Of a DNA stretch of 58,680 nucleotides, positions 13,421 through 24,711 are shown in pieces. Both the position numbers and the translations under genes were made by a program. Each line of letters opens with the position of its first letter. The first letter of the stretch is position 1. The notes beneath the pieces were generated by a model, which saw nothing but the letters and a program-made list of their open reading frames with translations, was not told the DNA's origin and searched no databases. The stretch is from Asterionella formosa (Eukaryota): positions 1-58,680 of the forward strand of contig NKIB01013386.1 in NCBI GenBank assembly GCA_002256025.1. The letters are read 5' to 3'.

Positions 13421-14094
13421 TAATACTGGAAATTGTGTTCCATACATTGGTGATCCAATGGTTATTGCCATTTTGAAAGATGGTGAAGCATCAGCAAACT
13501 TGCAAGAAGTCTAAATGTTCATTCGTCATTTTCTATCTATTTAATTAAATAATAACCATATACGAGTACATTTGCATAAACTTTATCACTAGATTGGTGC
13601 TCTACCCTGCTTTAAATCATTCAGCCAAATACTAGCTAGTAGGAGTAACACTCTGGCTATCTATGACCGTATCAGCCACCATTGCTCTGTACATTACCGT
13701 TAATACAGAATCAGTGTGGTTGTTTTGATACTGCAAGCTGTACTACTATAAGATTTGATTGACAATTTATCAGTATAAAGTACAACTGGTAGTATATTTG
13801 GTGCAATACCTCATCGACCACTGATGGTACCTGGTACCAGCTACCAGTAGCGCTGAATCCTGTTGTATAAAGACTTAAAATTTCGTGTACAGGTATGCCG
13901 TGTATGTTTGATGTACGTATGTAGAATGTCGTACAGTATTCGACATGATCAACCATAGAGGACTACTTAGACTAACATAAACCCGGCATTTCAAATCTGT
14001 GGGGAAAATAATCCACATTTTTCCGTCCAGTTGAGGCTGATACAGCATACTGGAATGATTAAACCTTAGTATTTAGTGGAGGTTGAAGAAAGTA

Positions 14095-14563
14095 CCGGTA
14101 AATATACCGGTATGTACTGCAAAGCAGTGCGACCACCATTGCACCTGTAATTTCATTTTTGAAATACCATACCGGTGCTGTTCTAGAATTTTACCAGTAC
14201 ATTGGGGGTCTAGCTTGTCAGTATTCTGCTATGTTGGCATACCAGCAGTATACTGTCTTTCGAAAAATATAGACTATGCCTCAGTACTATAGCTGCAGTA
14301 AAATATCATCGAGGAAATGGTAATTCTGATTTTTTCTATAGTAGTAATGCCGCTTTTTTCTGTTTTGGCTACTTGCTTATTAATAGCCCAAGCATGAAAA
14401 TGAATTTTGCTCTCAGATGCTATACAAGACTTGCCGGATTTTCATTAAGATTCCTAAATTGCAGTATACTGGCAAGCTAGTACTAGAACAGTATACTTAT
14501 AAAATTCTAGAACAGTATGGTATTTGGAAAATGAAATGACAGTATACTGGTATACTGATACTG
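14095..14563. mobile_element. MITE with long imperfect inverted repeats (CAGTATCAGTA-type ends, related to the hAT end at 27480-27627)
   Basis: 14147-14230 is the reverse complement of 14460-14545 (aaataccata..ctgttctagaatttt..ctagcttg(t/c)cagtat). The right arm is also similar to 27490-27627. Confidence 0.7.
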
Positions 14564-14564
14564 A

Positions 14565-14905
14565 GATGAAGGAATGGCTTATGGTAGTTGTTTGAGCACA
14601 TTGTCTTTGATCTGAGTTTGTGAGTTTCGATTCCCGCAATCTTTTTGAGAAGCAATTGTTGGGTTCGACTCCCACACACCTTACTTTCCCGCATGGTCTT
14701 GCCTGGTGTGCAAGAAATAGTGGGTTCCCCCTTACAAGCAACTTGTGCCGCCTTCCTAGGTGGTCAGAGTTTCCCCTAACACTGCGGTTAAGATGATCAT
14801 CTTTCGTGAAGTGTGGTTGGGGACTCACCTACCCTAGTAACAACACTACTAGGGAAGCACAGGTCTTGTCGGCAGGCAGCACAATGAATACTTGCCTAGA
14901 AAAAA
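14565..14905 (+). mobile_element. tRNA-derived SINE-like element, long copy with structured 3' domain
   Basis: Degenerate A box (tggcttatgg), B-box-like agtttcgattcc, second B box ggttcgactcc (14662-14672). The body tcttgcctggtgtgcaagaaatagtgggtt is shared with 37962-38135. Hairpins follow downstream, then an A-rich end. Confidence 0.6.
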
Positions 14906-16063
14906 GGGAATAGGAATGGGCTATAAAACAGATCATTCTATATGAGTCTGGAGCAAAGTTTCAGCAACATGGAAATCGGAAACATAGAAATTATAATAGG
15001 AAGAAACTTACTGCAAACCCTACAGTGGGCCTACCTACGTGGCGCCTCTGATGTGCGGTTCATCCTTCCCACCATGATGGGTAACTCAATTCTTAACATT
15101 ACTATGATGGACATTAAACACACCGAATTAAGCGATTCGAATAAGGATTTTGGCGATATATCCCCAATTCGAAAGGCGGAAGAAAATCGTGCCCCGAGGT
15201 TGAAACACATAGAGATTCCTGATTCCTGATTCCTGATCTGGTTATGAGAGTGTCAATGTATTTTCGTCTCTTTTTACCTGATTAGGAACATGTACCACAA
15301 TCCACTAGATGATTGAGTCAAGGACACATGGTTAAATATCGCGTGTAAAATGCCACAGTTGAGAGAGGAACTTTCAGGAGAAGTTCTCTCTAACCTATTA
15401 ATTGGACTCTAGAAGACGATCAGACCTACAGGCCAAATCAATAAATGATTGACAAGACAATTACAGATATAACCGCAAAATCAAGGAATATTAAAGAAGC
15501 AAACTAGATATGATCTATTTATGATTAACAGGATCATTCTGTAAGCAGTCTTCGATCAAACAGCATCTGGCCTAAGTTGAGACAGGCCAAGATTAAGACA
15601 AATGTGTATTTAGGAAGAGGATATAGTTTATTCTCAGTTTAAGTTGGGAACACAAATGAATCTCGCCTCCGAAGATCACCTCTATTTTGAAACATGCATG
15701 AGCTTGGAAGTTTCAAAATTATAAATTCAAATTTACATTTACATTAAGCTCACTCTTTTATAAAAACAACTAGTAGCAAACAAACAAAGTAAAACAAACA
15801 AATTGTGTAGAAACATTTTTCTAGGAACTTTTACTGCGTGAGAGCTACAGATACGTAGCATCTACCAACTAGTTATTGAGCCCAACACGCTCGTAGCTAA
15901 ATTGTTCTTACACAACAAGGTTCGTTACACGACAAGGTTGTGAGAGTCAGGCAAGAGATCGCGTTCTACTTGTAGCCACTTACATAGTAGTCACGCGAGA
16001 TAGCAAGCACTGCATCAGTGCCTCTGCTATTCAAGGTAACAACACAGACGTATTCTTCGTGAA

Positions 16064-17700
16064 GTGTGTCGTTCTAAGTTTCTTGAGGGTGCTGTTCGAA
16101 CACAACATCTTGAACTAAGAACTTCAACAAGATACAACTCACCACGATCATACTTAACGACGATGACGCAAGCAACAAAGTTTGGACGCGTCACGCCCGA
16201 GGGGTTACGATACTCTGGTGGTGCACTCACCAGACATTTCAAGACTGAAATGTCTCCAATTTTCTCGCCCTATCAGCTAGGTACAGGAGATACCAGAGAG
16301 GTTTCCGGACTATTTGAGTACTGCACCAATTACCGCAAGAAGCTCAACAAGGGTCCTTCTGGCAATTCAGTAGTGAACTTCACCCTCTATGAGCTGGAGC
16401 GTGCAATCCGCAAGGAAGCCGCTCTCGTAGGCATTGATACGTTTTTGTATGCACCTGATTCTGAAGGTGTCATGTGGAATGTGTCTACGAATCATTCTTG
16501 CATCAAATACAAACTGGTCAAGAGGTACGTGGATACCTGCCTAGGTCCTGTACCAGAGCCAGTGTACCAGTTCGACAACCCTACAGCCGAAACTGAGGCA
16601 TCTGTACTAGCCAGGGCCATGGTCTGGGATGACCAAGCTAGGGAAGACTCTACGCACCTATGGAGGTTGATTGAGTCTCATGTAGATCCTAAGCTACTTA
16701 GTGGCTTATACGAACGCCTTGATGACTATGGTGATAGGGGTCCTGGACTCCTTCTTTGGGTAGCTTTGATAAATGAGGTTACCTCAGGGTCACCTCAATG
16801 TCTGGACAGCGTAGTCGAACGCTTTCTAAACCTGCCCCTGTCAAACTATCCTGGTGAGAACTTACGTTTTTTATTCAATGATGTACTAACTACGTATAAC
16901 TTGCTTAAACATGTTAATGCAGTCCCTGCTAGCTACTGTGTCAAGCATGGTTATTGCTAAATTTCTATGCTGCAGTGTTGAGGAATTTCGCACTCCTTTC
17001 TATTCCAAGTCTGTTGAGATTGATGATGAGGAGAGGTACTTGCTTGGGAAAGACATCATAAAGAATTCTTCTTTATGTGTTAAATATTTTTGTGAGTTGG
17101 CTATGACCAGCTACAAGCGCCTAGTTGACTATGACAGCTGGCCACCTATCAAGACACTTCCCAAGAGAAAGCAGTCAGATGGTTTGCCTTATGCCTACTA
17201 CCAGGCATTTGCAGAGGAACTAACCCTGCTATGCAAGAATAGTACCAACGGAAATTTGGACAACAAGGATTTCTCTGATGTCACTTGCTATCAGTGTGGC
17301 AAAAAGGGGCATGTAAAGCCTAGTTGTCCTGAAAAATCTACTACTACTTATAGGCCTACTGATCCAAGAAAGCAAAAAAAAGTTGCTGAAAAGGTTGATA
17401 CCAAGCGTTTTTGGAAGGAGATACCGCCCAAGGTTGGGGATCCTAAAAATATGCACAAGGATGGTAAGACCTGGTACTGGTGCTCCAAGTGTCGTGGTGG
17501 TGAAGGTCGCTGGACTACTACACATAACACTGCCACACACACTGGCCAGACTACTAGTGCTCCTCAAGTTACTGCGGCTGTGGCTAATCAAGCCCATACT
17601 GCCACTACGAAGGAAGAAGCAACTGACAATACTCTTGTCTTTACTCCTTTTGGCTACATAGCTGCTTGTAGTGAAGAAAATTTGGAATGGACAAATTTCG
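16064..17700 (+). pseudogene. Ty1/copia (CoDi-like) gag, frameshifted, pol missing
   Basis: Zinc knuckle CYQCGKKGHVKPSC followed by WKEIPPKVGDP..KDGKTWYWCSKC..RWTTTH. The LPLSNYPGENL region resembles gag. Removing one GCTA of the GCTAGCTA at 16928-16935 fuses the two ORFs. Possible degenerate tRNA-iMet-type PBS agttattgagccc at 15871-15883. Confidence 0.8.
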
Positions 17701-18606
17701 TTGATGCCCTTAATCAAGAACAATGCATGGCAAGGCAATCCAGGACACCATGTGGTGTCTTACCTCAAACTGTCCAAAATCGTTACCAGCCACAATTCAA
17801 CATTAATGATGATTGCTTGAGTCCGTTCAGTTTGTCATGGTCAATACAGAGATGTTTAATCATCTATCTATTTACATACGGCAGTGAAAATCAAATTTAC
17901 TTAATGGTAAGTATGTAAAACATATATAATATGCCGCTACAAATATTTGTATAATGAATTGGAGGTCCTATATATGGATACGATATGAAAACGATATCAG
18001 GTACCTGCAAATTGCGCATTTTGCTGAACTAAGGATTTAGCTGTCTTTATCCTCCCGCGCCACTTGATTTATCAACATAACCGGCGCCATGAGAAGCGCT
18101 ATCAGTGAAGGCATCAAACGGCGTGGGAGCACACAATTTGGTTCATATCTGACCTAGTTCGTGATGAGCATGGCAAATATATGCCTACATGACCAACCAA
18201 TTCACGTGCAAAAGCTCTTGAGCTTGACATTGGGCTATCTGGAGTTAGAAATGTACAGGAATGCCTCACTTATGGCGGTCCTATAGGAGTTACAATTAAG
18301 CTACTACAACGCTTTCACAGCCATCGCTGTACAATGGATTTCGATTTCAAGTTCATCATGAATGAATGAACTCAACCACAACAACAATGTGATTGGGTGG
18401 TGAAATTATTAAAATGTATACTTAAAATGTATACATATATGAATGTTGTTTATGTACAAAATTTTACATATGGTAAAAACATTTGTTATACTTGTAGCTA
18501 CGGTAGCTACACAATGATTCAGGATGCACCCAGTCATATGTGCATAGCATTTTACACTGGTACCAGGTACCAGGTACCGGAGTACTCCATCACCGGGTAC
18601 CTGGTA

Positions 18607-19031
18607 CCAGTTAAAAAGTGTAAGCCACCGTTGTTTTACTCCATCTTCCGACTGAAAATATTTAAGTAATTTATCAATCGAAACCTGATGCAATTACAAA
18701 GAGTATGTTCGACGATGCACTCTACTCAACGAATAAGTAATCAGTTTCGATTCAGTGTATAAAGCCATGAAGATCTATTTTTTTCAAAGTCATTAAGATT
18801 GTTGCATAGCGGTGGCTTACAGTGCATATTTTTTTATCATACATGAGAATCTTTTCCCCCCAAACCGTGATTACTTTTACTCCGTACACAAAGAAACAAT
18901 ACAAGTATGGAAGTATTTATTCGCTATATAAATCTGAACAACTCCTTCATGACAATAATTAGCGTATCTTGCAAACTAAGTTCAAACCGTGCGTTTACTC
19001 CGTGTAGCGGTGGCATACAGTTTTTAACTGG
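18607..19031. mobile_element. 425-bp MITE nested in the previous element, TA duplication, inserted in tggTAcca
   Basis: TIR ccagttaaaaagtgtaagccaccg / cggtggcatacagtttttaactgg (22 of 24 positions match). TA at 18605-18606 and 19032-19033. Confidence 0.85.
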
Positions 19032-19319
19032 TACCATGATCACACAAAGTGTAGAAGAGTTTGCCGGTCAAATAAAGGACCAGCATTTTTTGAAACCCTG
19101 ATACAGTACAATTCTATTTTGAGATTCTCAACATCACGCTTACACCCAGCCGCCAGCTTTCCCTTGCTCGTGAGTTTCTTCGCATATATTTATAGAAAAT
19201 AGTTGTTATTTCAAATTATCCTAACTATTACCAGTAGGGAATCTTGTACGGTACTTTATATCCAAAACGAAGGATGTGCAGTTTTTCACTTTGGCCAGAA
19301 AAGACCAATTTTCGAGACT

Positions 19320-19460
19320 TGAGGAAATTCCATGTATTTCCTGAAATTTCCTTAAGTCTCCTGAAAGTCATAGGCATTTCTTGAAAGTCATAGTCATTTC
19401 CTGAAATTCATAGGAGCTTGCTGAAAGTCCTACTTATGCTTTACTGAAAGTCATAGTCAC
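19320..19460 (+). repeat. About 20-bp minisatellite (consensus near cctgaaagtcataggcattt), 6-7 copies
   Basis: ctgaaa(g/t)tc recurs at about 20-nt spacing. Confidence 0.75.
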
Positions 19461-21014
19461 ATGCTGTGTGTTCTCGCTTTTGCAATTAGAAGAATTCCGC
19501 TTTTTATTTCGCGGAATCGTGCTTTGAATAGAAGATGTTCTATTTATATGATAAAATATGTCACTGTCCGGTAACACATTAACTGTTTCAGGAAAATGAC
19601 CGCAACTTGCAGTTCCAACAACCAGATGCGGTCATTTTGCTTAAATAAACAATTTAATATGGGATAAAGACAGCCAAATCCTTAGTTCAGCAAAATTACT
19701 GCAACTTGTTGGTACCTGCCTTGGCTATCATGCAAAGGTTGACATAACACTACATACCAGTACAACACATGCTTTTACTTAAGCAAATACTGCCCAAATG
19801 TAGAGCTGTGCAGCCCATTTTCAGATAGTACTATTGTGAGTAGAACATGCATTCGTTGAGCATTGTCTAAGCATAGTATTGTACCGGGTAATAGCATTTA
19901 GGTATGACATTATTTTGCAGCGAGTACCAGTATTTCATGAAACCAACTTCACTGATTTACTGATGGTTTCGATGATTGTTTATATTTTTCGATTTTCATT
20001 TTCGTAAGCAAAAAGAGTCATCTGAAATCTAGTTAAGGAATTTTTTTATCATTGATAAAAATTACTATTGATTTGCTACATTTTTAGTCCAAAACATTTA
20101 TCACGAATTCCCCAGACAAACTTATTATGCATTTGGACACTTTTGTCCAAAAAGTGTAGGGGACTTTTTCGGTCGATTCAGCAGTCAATGACACTCACAA
20201 ACAGAGAAGAAACAACGAAGCGATCTACTAGTAACATACAAGCAACTCAACATCAAACATACATAACAACAGAACCCATGAGGAAAAGACTCAGACAAAC
20301 AATCACGAAGCTAGGAACACAAGTCACTTGGCAACAAATACTCACAAGGCTAGTAATTTTCTTTATTTTGCTTAGCTTTTAAAAGCCAGGAAACGTATTA
20401 AGATGCACAACAAAGTTTGCATCATTTCTGCCTTGATATTGCTTGAGTTACAATCCTTATTCTTCCATATGTGGGTATTAGCTAGTACATATAAGCACAC
20501 AGCCAGTTATTCCTGACTACACTATAGTGAGATTCCATCACTAGTCGGAAATGTTAAATTATTGGTTGGTGCATACAACCAATGCAGGTACTACTCATGT
20601 ATTCATTTCCACCAGCCAGCATGATCTGAAAATTGGTTGTTTCTTTCAAGGTTATCGCAGCTACTATCGTAACTGGTCGCTCATAAAGATAGGGAATGTG
20701 TAATTGAGCATTGCGCATGCAGGCAAGTCACACATGCTACCTAAGATAAGAAGGAGTTTCTAGCAATTTATTTTGCTGGGGAATCAAATCAATACTGGAT
20801 TGGAACAGGATTCATAGATTTGCACGAACTAAAATGGATAAACACATTTCATTCGCTGATTTTCGCTACATTCCTGGAAACTGGATGTCATGAATGCACA
20901 TGACACGAGGAACTGGCTTTGATATCTAGTTGTAATACATACATCTAGACATACAAGAAACAAAACAAAGCAAACAATGCCTCACAGTGGGAAAAAACAT
21001 TCTACATTCACCTA

Positions 21015-22172
21015 CTACTGTGAATTTGAACCTCGCCTACTTGTTGGCTTCAGCTCTTCCCTACATAGGGGACAATTGGTTCGACGTGCTCTCCGCCTTC
21101 GACGATCCTGAGGGTCCCACCGACCTCCTATCCACCCAGCTAGACATTTTTTATGAAAAATATGACCACATTTGGTTCGAACCATTGCTTCATCTTCAAC
21201 AACTTCTTGAGCCTCCACATCGTGCTCAGTAACTTCAAAATCATTCATACAAATACAGCACTCTTTCACTGTACTACTAAAACTATTTTCTCTTTCCTCT
21301 TCATTGTCGCCTGATTGACTTACTGTCAGTGGCACAAGTTTCAGCCCTCCATGCGAGATGAGTTGTACCGCTTCCAGTGAATCCATAAGCTCTTGGGCGG
21401 TCACACTAGTATTACGGCCCAAAAAGTCCTCTTCTTCCAGTCTTTCCTGTAATTGCTGCAGTGTCCCATTCTCATCACTGGCCCGTCGTAAAATGTAAAG
21501 GTAGATACAAGGAAGGAACAAAAGTGGCAAAATCAAGGAGAGTGTAAAGAATTCCAGGAGTGTGACATAGACTTGGAGTGCTTGGAAAACGGATGGACAT
21601 GTTTGCTCACACGTATTCTTGCCAAGATCAGTAGTAAAAGACTTGGTGGAATTCTCCATCTTATCGATTTCTTGCGACATGGAATGATCGCCAAAGTCCT
21701 CCTTGCAAGTTTGCACCAATGTTACTCCTCCATATACATACAACACGCAAAATGTATGAAACAGCTGATCATAAAGCCTCACCCTCGCCGGCCGAATAGG
21801 TCCATCGCGCTCTCGACTATATTGAAATAGGTAGGATCGCACATGGGCGTGATAAGGTGCATATAGCACAAAGAACAACGAAGTTATTGCGTACCCATGG
21901 AGTGGATGCGAGCAGCTGGCCCTCACATCGGCGATGAAGGAAGCATACAGAACCCAAAGCAAGCCCAAGGATACCAAGGTTCCCAGTGGCACAATTGGCC
22001 AAGTAATTGTCGAAAACAAGCATCGCAGCCGTCGTGTCATATTGATGATGGTGTCGTCGACTGTAAGCGTATCTTCGTCCGGTTCGTCCGGAACATCAGT
22101 TTGGGTTCCGCCATAGTCCACCTCGGAGCCTCCGCCAGTCAAGGAATCAGTCTCTGCTGCTGCGCCCAACAT
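21015..22172 (-). CDS. Multi-pass membrane RING-H2 E3 ubiquitin ligase (about 385 aa from the first in-frame ATG)
   Basis: C-terminal C3H2C3: CCICMNDF...KCGHIFHKKCLAGW...CPLC. About four hydrophobic segments upstream. First ATG at 22172; the ORF track starts at a GTG. Confidence 0.88.
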   Translation of the reverse strand: MLGAAAETDSLTGGGSEVDYGGTQTDVPDEPDEDTLTVDDTIINMTRRLRCLFSTITWPIVPLGTLVSLGLLWVLYASFIADVRASCSHPLHGYAITSLFFVLYAPYHAHVRSYLFQYSRERDGPIRPARVRLYDQLFHTFCVLYVYGGVTLVQTCKEDFGDHSMSQEIDKMENSTKSFTTDLGKNTCEQTCPSVFQALQVYVTLLEFFTLSLILPLLFLPCIYLYILRRASDENGTLQQLQERLEEEDFLGRNTSVTAQELMDSLEAVQLISHGGLKLVPLTVSQSGDNEEERENSFSSTVKECCICMNDFEVTEHDVEAQEVVEDEAMVRTKCGHIFHKKCLAGWIGGRWDPQDRRRRRARRTNCPLCREELKPTSRRGSNSQ

Positions 22173-22960
22173 GAGGGATGCGGCTGTAGCCCACAAAATC
22201 TCTGAATTCACAGTGTGGATTTGCAGTTGATAGAACTGTGTAAATGAGCCGAGTTCTCGAAAGGTGGAACCGAGATGCTGGAGATGAATACTGATGATGA
22301 GTGGATTGAACGACCACAGACCTTCTTGGTTTGTATCTTGTCGTCACTTTAGACTTTTCTGATCGAGTTTTCTCCCATACGAAGGTATCGATAGTAATGG
22401 TGTGATCGCAGGTCGTTGACTTCCGTTTATTATAATAAAAGGGTTGGAGCGAGAGAACCGGTAATAATAAATGAGAAAATGTTATGTGTGCATTAGCACA
22501 CTGTTAAAATTCGACTGTGCGTGTGGAGAAATGATGGGTCTAACTGGGGCGCGACGCGCCCCATTGGTTTCTAGTGAGAACAGATAGGTTCGGACGGGTG
22601 ACGGCATGGTTGGTTACCACGTACGACGAACAAGGTACCTGGTACCGGTAATGCTGGTTCATTATGGTACCAGGTACCAGGTACCCACCCTGCTGGCGCT
22701 GATCGCGTTTAATTTGACAGGTAACCAAGGTGGTGCTTGCCTCCCTTATGGATTGCTGGCCATGCTTCCATGTGAGATGGGGAGAGTTATAATATGTGGA
22801 GATGATGGATGTCCCCTCTCATCAAAGGGAGCAGGAAGGGTGTGCTGATATGCAGTTGTGATGGCAATTCCCCCTCCAGTTATCATCTTGCCACCCACCA
22901 TGGTGACAGGTTCGATTCCTGCTTTCTCCACCTGTTTTTTCATGTAGTCCCTAGGGTCCT

Positions 22961-23008
22961 GGGGGGGGCGGCTGACGAAAAGACAGGTCCTGTTGTACCG
23001 TGCGCCCC

Positions 23009-23039
<31 letters not shown>

Positions 23040-23053
23040 GACGAAAAGACAGG
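22961..23053 (+). repeat. G8 and C29 homopolymer tracts with a 16-bp direct repeat
   Basis: G run 22961-22968, C run 23010-23038, ctgacgaaaagacagg at 22972 and 23038. Confidence 0.9.
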
Positions 23054-23108
23054 CATGTCCCATTGTACCATACAGACGAATAAAACCGGTACTAGTAATT
23101 GTGTCCAT

Positions 23109-24711
23109 CTATGTATTCCCATTGTTCCTTTCTAGTTGCAATAGAGTTTCCAATACTTTCATAATTGTAAATGGTCCACATGACCATCCCCTCTCATCTT
23201 CTGGTTGAAATAACATGGAATCATGTACAGTGGCCATAATGATCTGCAAATCCTGCCGGTATGGAACAAAGAAGCAATTACCAAAATGAGTTTGCAAAGA
23301 AAAAGCGAATCGGCGATTATTATCCAAAGGAACCGATTGTAATTGCAATATATTTTTCAACACTTTCACAATTGTAAAAGGTCCACATGACCATCCACTG
23401 TCATCTTCTGGTTGAAATGACATGAAATCATGTTCAGTGGCCATACTGATCTGCAATGGTGCTTTGGTGCCAGTATAGAAAGATTCCGAGAACCCAATTT
23501 CTTCAGGTATATGGAATTCTTGTGGAAGATATCCTGTATCGGTGCATAACAATTCCAATTCTTTTCTGCATCCGGGTATGATGCAGTACTTACGGGCAAG
23601 GTGAAATACTTGATCATAATGTTCATCCAAACTTGCATCTTGTCCTGGATCATGGACTTGACATAATCCATCATTTATAGCAAAAAGATAATGCACAAAA
23701 TGGTTGTTTTCCTCCTCATCTGATCTTTTTCAATACACAATTAGCACATAGTTACTGTCATGATGAAGTAGATGACAATCACCTTGGTATGTATACGGTT
23801 TGTTATTACCCTTTTCTGGGTTCTCATCCAGATCAAATATATTATAACCTTACATCAGTTGGATGAAGTTCATGAATTGTATAATGGATAATAGAGGTAA
23901 TTGTTTCAAGGTCCCAAGCAATATGCAAGATCTTTAAAATCTGAACATGATTTTTGGATACCTTTGACTCCATAAAATACAGAGGCGCAATTGCATTTTT
24001 CTTGTGGGGTACGTGTGAACATATCTTTCCACAATTTTAGTTGTCCATGCGTTTTTGGCAAAATCAAGGAAAATGCCATTGCTTTGCTTTGGCATAATAA
24101 TTCTACACATTTCACATACTGAGCGACTCTTCACAAATGTAGGTGCCTTCGGGATTGTTGTCGATGATTTTACGGAGAAATTCATTTTCTTTCATGTATG
24201 ATTTGGAAAAAGATTCAATTTTGTGCTTCAAACTTTGTTCCTGACTTAGTGCATCAACCGCCTTAGCCAGCATCACATCCCTGTCTGCATTGATCTTCTT
24301 GAATTCGAGGTCTTGATCTAGCTCGGAATTTTTCTTGAATATCTTTTCTTTTACAAATGCAATCGTTTCTCTGCTTTCATGATGTTCATCTTGATGTTCT
24401 GGACAAATAGTGAGATATATTTCTTGGTCTTGCAACTTTTCAATCATTTCTACTTCAGAAGTGATGTCTCCCACATTTCTGCCGGGATCTTCATTCATCG
24501 CATGAATTTGTTCATCAAATGAATGAAAATCACTGAGTTCTTCATCATTATCAGCGATGTCAGGAGAACGAGCAAAATATGACACTGGATGGAATGGTGA
24601 CTCTGTAGGAATAGAGTCTTCATCCGCAAAGAACAACTGTTTGGGTTTCCTCTTCGAAAGCAACCTTTCCTTCTTTTTTATCTCTGCCACTATTGAATCG
24701 GCATACTTCAT
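23109..24711 (-). pseudogene. Degenerate TE-associated gene ending in a Ulp1/C48-like cysteine protease domain
   Basis: Reading upstream of the ORF call gives EENNHFVHYLFAINDGLCQVHDP (His, Asp), later FQPEDDSGWSCGPF (Gln, Cys). In-frame stop at about 23730. Fragmented acidic/coiled-coil ORFs lie upstream. Confidence 0.5.

Larger units (their letters stand above)
18004..19712. mobile_element. Non-autonomous TIR element (about 50-bp TIR, TA duplication, Tc1/mariner-like) inserted in caggTAcctg
   Basis: Left cctgcaaattgcgcattttgctgaactaaggatttagctgtctttatcc is inverted relative to right ggataaagacagccaaatccttagttcagcaaaattactgcaacttgttgg. TA at 18002-18003 and 19713-19714. Confidence 0.8.

Noticed and set aside
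14770..14785. Telomerase RNA template (ccctaac) in the structured SINE tail
   Set aside because: Only one repeat plus one base, easily chance, and no other supporting element was seen.
15240..15870. 5' LTR of the first copia element
   Set aside because: Position and a degenerate PBS fit, but there is no second LTR in the window and a competing ggttatgag at 15240, so boundaries cannot be supported.
22900..22935. tRNA 3' half (caggttcgattcctgctttctcca)
   Set aside because: Only a T-arm-like hairpin; no matching 5' half or A box upstream.
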